This document shows positions 8,716 to 17,511 of a stretch of 64,000 nt of DNA, piece by piece (position 1 is the stretch's first letter; every line of letters starts with the position of its first letter). This DNA is from Patescibacteria group bacterium (lineage in GTDB: Bacteria > Patescibacteriota > WWE3 > UBA101185 > UBA10185): the NCBI GenBank assembly GCA_032117075.1, contig JAUMAA010000003.1:41574-105573 (forward strand), in the 5' to 3' direction. Both the position numbers and the translations under genes were made by a program. Below the pieces are notes generated by a model that was not told the DNA's origin, made no database searches, and was given only the letters and a program-made list of their open reading frames with translations.

Positions 8716-11226
8716 ATGGATAGTAAGAATATAAAAATAGGTATAGATTTAGGTACAACCAACTCAGAAGTATGTATTAGCAATAAAGGAAATCTTGAAA
8801 TAATCAAGAATAGATTTGGAAATGAGTTTACCCCCTCAGTTCTTTGGATTGATAAATCTTTAAATAAGCAAATAGGACAAAAAGCTTATGAAAATTTCTT
8901 TAACCTATTAGAACAGCAAAATGTTAAATCAGAAATTAAAAGACTGATGGGAACTAATGAAAAAGTCAAATTTCCTAGACTTGATAAAGAAATGACTCCT
9001 GAAGAGATTTCTGCAGAAATTTTAATCTCTCTAAAAGAAGATATTAAAAGAAAATATAATGATTTTGATTTAAACTATGCTGTTATAACAGTACCGGCAT
9101 ATTTTAGTATTCTTCAATCAGAAGCTACTAAAAGGGCTGGTGAAATTGCTGGTTTTAAGCACGTAGTTTTATTACAGGAGCCGATTGCGGCTGCAGTAGC
9201 ATACGGATTTATGAATTCAACTAACGAAACTTGGGTTGTTTATGACTTAGGTGGAGGAACTTTTGATGTAGCTTTAGTTAACTCTAAAGACGGGCTGCTT
9301 TCTGTTATAGCTCATAATGGAGATAACTTTTTAGGTGGAAAAGATTTTGATGCAGAAATTGTTTATCAGAAAGTTATTCCAGAATTAAAAGAACAGTTCA
9401 ACTTAGAAAACCTTTCAATTGAGGATGAAGAATTTAAAAAAATATTTAATATTTTGAAATATAGAGCTGAACAAGCCAAAAAAGAACTAACTTCTTATGA
9501 AGAAACTTCTATCGATATTGATAATATCGGTGAAGACGAAGATGGGGTAGAAATTAATACCACTATTAAACTCACAAAAAAAGAATTTGAAAATATTATT
9601 AGAGATAAAGTTTCAAAAACTATAGAATTAACCAAAGAGACTATAAAATCCTCAGGAATTGATCAAAACATGATTAAAAAAGTAATTTTAGTAGGGGGAC
9701 CTACTCAAATTCCTTATATTAGAGAAAGAATTGCCAAAGAATTAAAAATTGAGGTTGACACCTCATTAGACCCACTTTCTGCGGTTGCTAAAGGAGCTTG
9801 TATCTATGCCATGAGTCAAAATGTCCCAGATACTGTTTTTGATAAAAATAAAAAACAATTAATGGAGGGGGAGATGAGCTTAAAATTGGAATATAGGTCA
9901 TTATCGTCAGAAATTGAAGAAAATATTTATGGTTTATTAGAAAATATAGAACAAGATAAAGAGTATTTTGTACAAATACAATCAGATTCAAATCATTTCA
10001 GCAGTCCAAAAACCAAAATAAATAATGGAAAGTTTTTTAAAGAAGTTAATTTAGAAAAAAATAAAACAAATATTTTTTATATTTATATCTTCGATGAAAA
10101 AGGTAATATTATCAAAACTTCCCCAGATTCATTTTCAATAACTCAAGGCTTATCAATTGCAGGAGCACCTATTTCACATTCAATTGGTATTGTAGTAGCC
10201 GATAGAAATGAAAGCTTAGGAGAAAAAGAATTTAGAGATACATATTTAGTAGTTTTTGAAAAAGGATCAATTCTTCCTTTAAAAGATACTAGGACATTTA
10301 AAACAGTTAAAAAACTAGTGAAGAATGAAAAGAATGCAACATTAGATATTGTAGTAGGAGAGGGGGAGTCTAAAATTCCAGATAGAAATACATTTATTTG
10401 TACACTAGGAATAAATGGCCAAGAACTTCCGTACGATCTTCCATCAGGAACTGAAGTTGAAATCACAATTGAAGTAAACGAATCAAGGGAGGTATCAGTA
10501 GCTGCTTACTTCCCATTAATAGATAAAAAGTATAACGGCAGATCTTCTTTACTTTCTAGAGAAGTGGATTTAGAAAAAATTGAAGAAGAATTAGAAACTG
10601 AAAGCATGCGAATTGATGACATCTCAAAAAATATATCAGAGAATGCTTCAGACGAACTTAGAGAAAAACTTAGAAGTGTATACCATACAGTAAGAGGAGC
10701 TACAAGCGGTGTAGAGGAGAAAGAAAAAGCCGATAAAGAACTTAGAGAATTAAAAGTTTCTATTGATGAGCTTCAAGAGAAATCTGAAATGCCAAAACTA
10801 ACCAATCTATTCAGTGAATTAGTAAAGGATTCTAAAGAGTTTATTGAAACATATGCTTCGGAAGAAAAAAAAGATATATTTACTAAAAAACTTACACATT
10901 TAGAGACAGACGGGAACGAGGCTATAAAAAATAAAGACAAAAGAAAAATAAATCAAGTAATTGAATTACTTGAAGATTTAAAAGGAGAAATCATCTATTC
11001 TAACGATGCAACATGGATTTATCAGTTTAGAAAACTCTCAACTGAAGTTCTAAATTATACAAACTATTCAGATGCTCAATATTATATTAAAAAGGGCAAC
11101 GATGCTTTAATAAAAAACGATGTCGAAGAAATTAAAAGATGTGTTAGAAATTTATTACAGCTTCTAGAGAGGCCAGAAACCTTTGAGGGAAGTGATAGAA
11201 ACACAATATCTGGTATAAGAAAGTAA
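8716..11226 (+). CDS. Atypical Hsp70-family protein (836 aa), not housekeeping DnaK
   Basis: GIDLGTTNS, EPIAAAVAYG, VYDLGGGTFDV, LGGKDFD, LVGGPTQIP; ~110-aa insert after the NBD, divergent SBD, long helical C-terminus. Confidence 0.92.
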   Translation: MDSKNIKIGIDLGTTNSEVCISNKGNLEIIKNRFGNEFTPSVLWIDKSLNKQIGQKAYENFFNLLEQQNVKSEIKRLMGTNEKVKFPRLDKEMTPEEISAEILISLKEDIKRKYNDFDLNYAVITVPAYFSILQSEATKRAGEIAGFKHVVLLQEPIAAAVAYGFMNSTNETWVVYDLGGGTFDVALVNSKDGLLSVIAHNGDNFLGGKDFDAEIVYQKVIPELKEQFNLENLSIEDEEFKKIFNILKYRAEQAKKELTSYEETSIDIDNIGEDEDGVEINTTIKLTKKEFENIIRDKVSKTIELTKETIKSSGIDQNMIKKVILVGGPTQIPYIRERIAKELKIEVDTSLDPLSAVAKGACIYAMSQNVPDTVFDKNKKQLMEGEMSLKLEYRSLSSEIEENIYGLLENIEQDKEYFVQIQSDSNHFSSPKTKINNGKFFKEVNLEKNKTNIFYIYIFDEKGNIIKTSPDSFSITQGLSIAGAPISHSIGIVVADRNESLGEKEFRDTYLVVFEKGSILPLKDTRTFKTVKKLVKNEKNATLDIVVGEGESKIPDRNTFICTLGINGQELPYDLPSGTEVEITIEVNESREVSVAAYFPLIDKKYNGRSSLLSREVDLEKIEEELETESMRIDDISKNISENASDELREKLRSVYHTVRGATSGVEEKEKADKELRELKVSIDELQEKSEMPKLTNLFSELVKDSKEFIETYASEEKKDIFTKKLTHLETDGNEAIKNKDKRKINQVIELLEDLKGEIIYSNDATWIYQFRKLSTEVLNYTNYSDAQYYIKKGNDALIKNDVEEIKRCVRNLLQLLERPETFEGSDRNTISGIRK

Positions 11227-11227
11227 A

Positions 11228-12655
11228 ATGTCATTTCATAATAATTCTTATTTTATACTAGACTTAAATTCTAATTCAACCGATAAACAAATTCTAAAAA
11301 AATCAAACAATATGCTTTTAAAGATTAAAGCAGAAATAGATATAAATGAAGAAATTCATCATGAATTAGATTTAAGAATTGAAAGAAACGAACATACTAT
11401 AAATGAAGCGACTAAAAAACTAACTTTTCCAAAGAAAAAATTAGAAGAATTTTTTTTCTGGTTTGAGCTAGAGAATGAAACAGACCATCATTTCTATAAA
11501 CTTCTTTCACAAAAAAACTTCATCCAAGCTATTAAATTTTTAAAAAAAGGAATTGAAGAAGATGAGTTAAGAAAATTTAAATACGAGAAAAACTTAGCAC
11601 TATGTTTTCTACTTATGCTAAATATTGATTATGATGAATCTATACTTTTAGAATCGATAAATTTATGGAAAAAATTAATTCATAATTCAAGTTTTTGGGC
11701 TGAGTTTTTTGATAAATATAGAACAAAAGAAGAGGGACTGGTTAATAAAGATTTAATGATTGAATTTAAATCTGAAATAGAAAATTTGATCTTTGAAGAA
11801 TATGAACATATTTCTAGCAGCTATCCAAAAGAAAGAATTATTGAAAAATTATTTACAATTTTAAAACCTCAAAATACTAGTATCTTTTCAAAATATTTAG
11901 AAAAATATATCTCTAAAGTTAACTCAATTTTAGAAAAATTTAATTCAATGGAATTCAAAGATAATAAAATAGGACAAATACAGAAAAATAAAATATCTGA
12001 AAATTTAGATAAATTAAAAGAATTATTTAATTATTTTGAATCTTTAGGGCTAGAAAATGAATCATCTATTAAAATACTGGGGGACGAGGTAGCCCAAAAT
12101 CTAGAGAGCCTATCTATTAAAATTAACAATCAGATTAAAGATTATGAAACATCTTATAAAATACTATCTATAGCATTGAAGTTTGTTGAAAGCAGCTCTA
12201 TTAAAAAAGGTATTGAAACAAATCTTGCAATAATAATTGAAAATAGAGAAGTTATAGCATTAAACACAATATATGAACTAATAAGAAGTGCAAAATTTGC
12301 ATCTGCATTAGTTTCAATTGATTATTTACTAAAGGATAGAAACACAAAAGATGAAACCAAAAAAACTTTAAGGGAACTAAAAGATAAAATTAAAGTGAAC
12401 AGAGATATGGATAAAACACTAATGAAAAACAAACCACTTTTATTTGATATTTTTGGGTTTGGGTTATTGTTGTATGGAGATATTAGATATCTTACATTTT
12501 TTTACATTCCAGTCTGCCCAATTTCAAGCTATAATACAATTAATAATTATGATGGTTCTACTTCATTTTTAGGAGAAAAGGAACTGGATTCCTTTTACTA
12601 TGGTTGGAAAGTAGTCTTCATAGCAGGAGTAATAATTTGGTTGTTAAGTAACTAA
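11228..12655 (+). CDS. J-domain-like (no HPD) helical protein with C-terminal membrane region
   Basis: N-terminal NSYFILDLNSNSTDKQILKK resembles J-domain helices I-II; no HPD; C-terminal YLTFFYIPVCP and terminal TM. Confidence 0.55.
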   Translation: MSFHNNSYFILDLNSNSTDKQILKKSNNMLLKIKAEIDINEEIHHELDLRIERNEHTINEATKKLTFPKKKLEEFFFWFELENETDHHFYKLLSQKNFIQAIKFLKKGIEEDELRKFKYEKNLALCFLLMLNIDYDESILLESINLWKKLIHNSSFWAEFFDKYRTKEEGLVNKDLMIEFKSEIENLIFEEYEHISSSYPKERIIEKLFTILKPQNTSIFSKYLEKYISKVNSILEKFNSMEFKDNKIGQIQKNKISENLDKLKELFNYFESLGLENESSIKILGDEVAQNLESLSIKINNQIKDYETSYKILSIALKFVESSSIKKGIETNLAIIIENREVIALNTIYELIRSAKFASALVSIDYLLKDRNTKDETKKTLRELKDKIKVNRDMDKTLMKNKPLLFDIFGFGLLLYGDIRYLTFFYIPVCPISSYNTINNYDGSTSFLGEKELDSFYYGWKVVFIAGVIIWLLSN

Positions 12656-12657
12656 AA

Positions 12658-13152
12658 GTGGGAAAATACGAATACGATACAAATTTAAATAATGATATAC
12701 CCTTTGAGACAAATCCTAATGTTACAAATAAAAAAGAACCTAATAGATTTGGTAGTGGAATAATTGTTTTAGTTATCATAGGAATTTTAGGTTACTTAAT
12801 CTCAACAAATAAAAACACTTCTATAAACAGTTCAAACAATGGTTCCAGCGATTCGAGTATTGTAGAATCAGGAAACGATACATATATTTGTTCTAAATAT
12901 AATATTTCTAAACTAAAAGATCTTACCCCAAGCTCAATCCTAAAAAATGAAATTGACGATTTAGAAAATAAACAAAATAAACTTGAAAGAGAATTGGATT
13001 CTATAGATCCTGATAGCAATCCTTATTTATATAATTCCAAAGTTGACGAATATAATGATATTGTTAGTAAATTAAAAGTAAAACTAAGCAACTACAATCA
13101 ACAAGTTGATAACTATAATGATTATTTAATTAAAAATTGTAATAAAAAATGA
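12658..13152 (+). CDS. Single-TM protein with coiled coil bracketed by two Cys
   Basis: TM GIIVLVIIGILGYLI, S/N-rich linker, YIC...VDEYN...YNQQVDNYN...NC. Confidence 0.7.
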   Translation: MGKYEYDTNLNNDIPFETNPNVTNKKEPNRFGSGIIVLVIIGILGYLISTNKNTSINSSNNGSSDSSIVESGNDTYICSKYNISKLKDLTPSSILKNEIDDLENKQNKLERELDSIDPDSNPYLYNSKVDEYNDIVSKLKVKLSNYNQQVDNYNDYLIKNCNKK

Positions 13153-14216
13153 AACCCTTACTTTATAATAATTATAAAATTTCAGAAAACCTATTTGTAG
13201 TGAAAAGAGAAGAAAAAATTTTCTTTACTGAAATTTATAGTCTTTCAGATGGAAATTATCTTTTCTTATTTTTAAATATTAAACCAGATGAAGTGGTAAA
13301 TATAAATCAAGAATTAGAAATTGTAAAATTAAACATTGGAGGAGAAAACTATTTAGGTGTAATAGCTGACAGCTTTTCAGGAGAAAAAATTTATGAAATT
13401 TCTGAAAAACTCACTCAAATAAAAGGTTTGGATAGTGTTGCTGGAATGAAAGAATTGAAAAATCTTTTATATAATGAGGTCATAGAACCCTTAAGAAACC
13501 CAGAAAAGTTTAAAAAATTTAAAATATCAATACCTAACGGAATTTTACTTTTTGGACCTCCAGGCTGTGGTAAAACTTATATTGTAAAAAAATTGGCCGA
13601 AGAGTTAGGTTATTCGTTTATAGAACTTAACCCTTCTTCAGTTGCATCCCCCTATATTCACGGTGCAGTTTCAAATATCGGAAAAGTTTTTGAGATGGCA
13701 AGACTTCAAGCACCGTCTATTATCTTCATTGATGAAATAGAAGGATTACTTCCAAAAAGAGAAGATTTAGGATCCCATGCAGATACTAAAAAAGAGGAAA
13801 TAAATGAATTTTTACTCCAGCTAAATAATTCCAGTGAGAGCAATGTTTTAGTTGTAGGAGCTACAAATAGACCATCTATTATTGATTCGGCAATTTTAAG
13901 ATCAGGAAGAATGGACAAAAGAATATATGTAGGTCCACCGGATTATGAGTCAAGAAAAGAGTTGTTCAAACTTTCTCTATTAGGCAGACCTTTTGATAAT
14001 AAAATTAATTTGGACAAACTAGCTAAAGTTACTGAAAATTATGTAAGTTCTGATATATCTTTGATAGTTAATCAATCCGCAAGAAATGCACTTCAAAATA
14101 ACCAAGAGTATATAACAGAAGAAAATATTTTAAATATAATAAAAAATACTATTCCATCCATCTCAGAAGAGGATTTGAACTACTATCAGAACTATAGAAA
14201 TCTTGAAAGGTGGTAA
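13149..14216 (+). CDS. Classical AAA+ ATPase (CDC48/FtsH-clade-like, single AAA domain)
   Basis: GPPGCGKT, IIFIDE, SRH GATNRPSIIDSAILRSGRMD; ATGA overlap with upstream gene. Confidence 0.92.
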   Translation: MKPLLYNNYKISENLFVVKREEKIFFTEIYSLSDGNYLFLFLNIKPDEVVNINQELEIVKLNIGGENYLGVIADSFSGEKIYEISEKLTQIKGLDSVAGMKELKNLLYNEVIEPLRNPEKFKKFKISIPNGILLFGPPGCGKTYIVKKLAEELGYSFIELNPSSVASPYIHGAVSNIGKVFEMARLQAPSIIFIDEIEGLLPKREDLGSHADTKKEEINEFLLQLNNSSESNVLVVGATNRPSIIDSAILRSGRMDKRIYVGPPDYESRKELFKLSLLGRPFDNKINLDKLAKVTENYVSSDISLIVNQSARNALQNNQEYITEENILNIIKNTIPSISEEDLNYYQNYRNLERW

Positions 14217-14265
14217 AATAATTCTTTGAAACCTTCTGAAAGAATTTAATTTTTGAATTGGTTAA

Positions 14266-14997
14266 TTATTTCTTTTTGATAATCATTAAAATTTCTTTAG
14301 TTTCAGAACCTTGACTTTGAGGTATTTCTTTAAAACTTACTTCGCAAGAAAGACCCAGGGCTTCAATAATATCTAAATAATATTTTTGAGATTTATTCCT
14401 TAATTCTTCAAGATTTCTATATCTAAGATTTGATTTGATAACAGGAAATATCCTAACCTCACCACCTACCTTTAAAATATTAAAAACATTTGTTAAATAC
14501 TTTTTAAATTCTTTTTCGCCTTCCTCATGAAGGTAGAGTCCAGGCCCAAAAGTATCGACAATTAAATCAAAAGCCCCATCCTTAAAGGGCAAGTTTGGAG
14601 CAAAGGCAGCCACAGCCAACCCATCACTTCCTTTAAGCCTTTCTTCTCTTACCTTTTGAGGATCCTCATCTTTTCCTGCAAAGTAATAATCTTTATTGTT
14701 ATCAATAATTTTATTAGTGTAATAAATTGACTGGATATCTCCTTTTTGATCTCTTTCAACCACACTTAAAAAATCTTTTTTGCTAATAGCTAGTGTTGGG
14801 TCCAAAGAAATAACTTGTAAATCAGGTCTTTTAGCAGAAAGACCCGCTGCAAAATTTCTAAAAACACCGCTTCCAACTTCAAGAACTCTAGCTTTTTCTG
14901 GTAAATTTTGAATAAAGGCATCTGACAGATCTAAATAAGGGGAGAGCTGTTCAAAACTTCTATTGGTTACATAAAAACTTGTTTCTTTATTTATCAT
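14266..14997 (-). CDS. Class I SAM-dependent methyltransferase
   Basis: VLEVGSG, LPFKDGAFDLIV, ILKVGG. Confidence 0.8.
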   Translation of the reverse strand: MINKETSFYVTNRSFEQLSPYLDLSDAFIQNLPEKARVLEVGSGVFRNFAAGLSAKRPDLQVISLDPTLAISKKDFLSVVERDQKGDIQSIYYTNKIIDNNKDYYFAGKDEDPQKVREERLKGSDGLAVAAFAPNLPFKDGAFDLIVDTFGPGLYLHEEGEKEFKKYLTNVFNILKVGGEVRIFPVIKSNLRYRNLEELRNKSQKYYLDIIEALGLSCEVSFKEIPQSQGSETKEILMIIKKK

Positions 14998-15007
14998 AAA
15001 TTTATTA

Positions 15008-15808
15008 TTAAACTGTTTTCTTTAAAACTAATACTAATGCTTCTTCTTTACTAATAGTATCTTGAATTATTTTAAAATTTAAATCGAAATTTAGGTTATC
15101 TTTTTGGCAAATATTTTTATAAAATTCATGTGTCGTTTGTATGTCTAATTTAATATCGTCATCTTGATCTAGATTGCCATTTATTTTATCAACTTGAACC
15201 TGAACATCTACGGCTGGAAAAATTCTTGCTACACCTCCCGGTTTTAAAATTCGATAAATTTCCTTCAAATATTTATCAAGTGAAGGATTTTCTTTTGTTT
15301 GCAAATAAATACCTGGTCCATAAATATCAATTATTAAATCTATAGATTCATCTCTAAGGGGAATCTGAGGTGCCAGTGCTGCAATAGGAAAACCAGTCTC
15401 GTGTGCTCTTTGGATTCTTGTTTTGGAAAATTCTTTTTGGTTTTCAACCTTAATTGAATCTTTTTCAGGTTTTAATTTTCTATCTTGGTACCATTTAACC
15501 TTTCTAAGGTATTGGGCATACTTAAACTTACCGCTATTCTTTGGGTCTTTTCTATAGTAAATATCAAAAGAATTTTTATTATCTGATCCAATTATAATTG
15601 TAGGATCAATAGTAATTGGCTTAATATCAGGTCTTAATTTCTTCACTCCTTCAGCAAAATTTTGGTCCAATCCACCCCCAATTTCTAAAACAACGGCATT
15701 TTCAGGTAATGATTTGATATAGTTTTCGCTTAACCCTGACATCCAGAGGAGCTCTTTTAATTCTCGGTTAGTTAAATAAAATTCAGGTATATTTGACATT
15801 TCTGACAT
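15008..15808 (-). CDS. Class I SAM-dependent methyltransferase, paralog of 14266-14997
   Basis: VLEIGGG, IPLRDESIDLII, EIYRILKPGG. Confidence 0.8.
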   Translation of the reverse strand: MSEMSNIPEFYLTNRELKELLWMSGLSENYIKSLPENAVVLEIGGGLDQNFAEGVKKLRPDIKPITIDPTIIIGSDNKNSFDIYYRKDPKNSGKFKYAQYLRKVKWYQDRKLKPEKDSIKVENQKEFSKTRIQRAHETGFPIAALAPQIPLRDESIDLIIDIYGPGIYLQTKENPSLDKYLKEIYRILKPGGVARIFPAVDVQVQVDKINGNLDQDDDIKLDIQTTHEFYKNICQKDNLNFDLNFKIIQDTISKEEALVLVLKKTV

Positions 15809-15822
15809 ATATTAGTTATAAT
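15793..15822 (+). promoter_or_regulatory. Sigma70-type promoter for the 15860 ORF
   Basis: TTGACA-18 bp-TATAAT; -35 lies inside the start of the divergent methyltransferase gene. Confidence 0.6.
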
Positions 15823-15859
15823 ATGCTCCCGTTCGTTTTTCAATCTAGGGAGACTAAGT

Positions 15860-16048
15860 ATGTACTGCAAGTTCTGCAGGCAAAAGTTGCGAGAGAAAAT
15901 TTGCCATTATTGCATGGCAAATATCGACAAACATTTTTGTATCTTTTGCAGAGAAGATGCGAGAGAAGGGAACCATAATTTCTGTAGATTAGTTATCTCC
16001 GAGATGGCAAGAATCGTCCCTAGAGAAAAGAAACATATTAGAAAGTAG
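15860..16048 (+). CDS. Small Cys-rich putative zinc-finger protein (62 aa)
   Basis: CKFC, CHYC, CIFC, HNFC; SD AGGGGAG; own promoter and hairpin. Confidence 0.7.
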   Translation: MYCKFCRQKLREKICHYCMANIDKHFCIFCREDAREGNHNFCRLVISEMARIVPREKKHIRK

Positions 16049-16061
16049 AGTAGAGATAGAA

Positions 16062-16087
16062 GGGGCGGGTCACAAGTGACCCGCCCC
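16062..16087. terminator. Hairpin between convergent genes
   Basis: GGGGCGGGTCAC-aa-GTGACCCGCCCC, followed by AAAACCCAAAAT on +. Confidence 0.7.
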
Positions 16088-16108
16088 AAAACCCAAAATA
16101 TTTAATTT

Positions 16109-16423
16109 CTATTCAGTTATTTTGTATTTTTGTAAATCTTTAAATTGTTTATCACCATGTTGTTTATTAAATGCCTCTGTCATGTCTTCATTGCATTTGA
16201 AGATATTTCCACCTTTATGTTTGTTTCTAAAATCAGAAACATCGTATTTTTCACCTCTAACAATAATTACACATTTCTCAACATTAGAATTTGCAACCTC
16301 GTTCTGAATTCTAAATAAAGGAGCTTTTCCCATGGAGGAATTATTGTAAATAAAATAAGCAGCAACAGCTCCTAATGTTACTAAAATACCAGCTATGATT
16401 AAAATTATTTTTTGATTATTCAT
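16109..16423 (-). CDS. Membrane-anchored cytochrome b5-like heme-binding protein
   Basis: N-terminal TM; CVIIVRGEKYDVSDF..KHKGG...DMTEAFNKQH. Confidence 0.85.
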   Translation of the reverse strand: MNNQKIILIIAGILVTLGAVAAYFIYNNSSMGKAPLFRIQNEVANSNVEKCVIIVRGEKYDVSDFRNKHKGGNIFKCNEDMTEAFNKQHGDKQFKDLQKYKITE

Positions 16424-16452
16424 AAAATTATTATATATTATACTGTTGCTAT

Positions 16453-17142
16453 ATGAATCAAATAATTATATTTCACGAATTTGAAATTGAAATCATCCGA
16501 AAAAGAATTAAAAATATTCATCTTAGAATAAATCTTGAAGGCCAGATTACTTTAAGCACCCCAAAAAATATCAAGGAAGACTATTTGTTAGAGTTTCTTG
16601 AGTCAAAAATAGAATGGATCCGAACTTCTTTAAAAAAAACAGAAGCAAAAATAAAATACAGTAATAAAAAACTAACACACGGAGAAAAACATTATCTTTT
16701 TGGAAAAGAGCTCGTTTTAAACCTTCAAGAAGAAAAAGTTAAAAAAAGTGAAATATTTCTTTTAAATAATACTAATCTAGTAATGAGGGTACACCCTACA
16801 GTTAGTCAAAGAACTAGAGAAAAGTATATGCAAAAATGGTACGAAGAAAAATTAATTTTAGAAACAGAGAAATTTTTTGAAAAATGGGAAGAAGAATTAG
16901 GAGTAAGTAAAAAAGAATTAGTAATTAAAAAAATGAAAGGTAAATGGGGCTATTGTGAATGTAGAAGAAAGGTTATTTGTTTAAACACAGAGTTAGCTAA
17001 AAGAAACATTGATTTTGTTGAATATGTTGTCCTCCACGAACTGTGCCATTTGCTTGTCCCTAACCACGGACCAGACTTTAAAAAACTACTTAATATTCAT
17101 ATGCCTAAGTGGAAAATTATTAAAAACTCTGAAGAAATCTAG
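16453..17142 (+). CDS. YgjP/DUF45-like zinc metallopeptidase
   Basis: MKGKWGYC, EYVVLHELCHL..NHGPDF. Confidence 0.9.
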   Translation: MNQIIIFHEFEIEIIRKRIKNIHLRINLEGQITLSTPKNIKEDYLLEFLESKIEWIRTSLKKTEAKIKYSNKKLTHGEKHYLFGKELVLNLQEEKVKKSEIFLLNNTNLVMRVHPTVSQRTREKYMQKWYEEKLILETEKFFEKWEEELGVSKKELVIKKMKGKWGYCECRRKVICLNTELAKRNIDFVEYVVLHELCHLLVPNHGPDFKKLLNIHMPKWKIIKNSEEI

Positions 17143-17155
17143 TAACCTATAATAT

Positions 17156-17183
17156 TTGCAAAGGTAGAAAATTTTGTTATAAT
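17156..17183 (+). promoter_or_regulatory. Promoter of panhandle module 1
   Basis: TTGCAA-16 bp-TATAAT with extended TG; 5' arm GTTGCTGAGGT starts at the 7th base after the -10. Confidence 0.7.
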
Positions 17184-17189
17184 ACTGGG

Positions 17190-17488
17190 GTTGCTGAGGT
17201 AGAGGGAGGTGCTATGAGTTTGATATACTCGATAATTGGTTTTTGTTGGAAGTTTTTGCTAGCCATCTACAATATAGCCATCAAATTGGGGATTGTAGCA
17301 TCAGCTGTAGGATCAATAACTTTGTTGATGATTTTCTTAATGGGATATATCTCATTAGATTATCTCTGGAAAGGAGAAATAGTTATACTTGTAAGTGGCC
17401 TAATTTTAGGCTTTTTAAACAAGGTACTATTTGACGATCTTTAAAAAAATTACTCCAAACTAATCTATTAACCTCAGCAACAACACAA
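17190..17488 (+). repeat. Long-range inverted repeat enclosing ORF 17214-17444 (module 1)
   Basis: GTTGCTGAGGT (17190-17200) / ACCTCAGCAAC (17471-17481); AACCTCAGCAACAACACAA shared with module 2. Confidence 0.9.
17214..17444 (+). CDS. Small hydrophobic membrane protein (76 aa), module 1
   Basis: SD AGAGGGAGGT; hydrophobic; SITL...S..Y..KGEI shared with 21751-21924. Confidence 0.75.
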   Translation: MSLIYSIIGFCWKFLLAIYNIAIKLGIVASAVGSITLLMIFLMGYISLDYLWKGEIVILVSGLILGFLNKVLFDDL

Positions 17489-17511
17489 TTTTTCCTATAT
17501 AATGATTAAAT

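Noticed and set aside
8716-11226. Housekeeping dnaK
   Set aside because: Too long, lacks the DnaK linker and has non-canonical partners
8140-14266. attL/attR pair and integrase for the Hsp70 operon
   Set aside because: No downstream copy of the tRNA-Leu 3' end and no integrase found; the 8-bp GCCCACCA at 7240 is upstream and part of a hairpin
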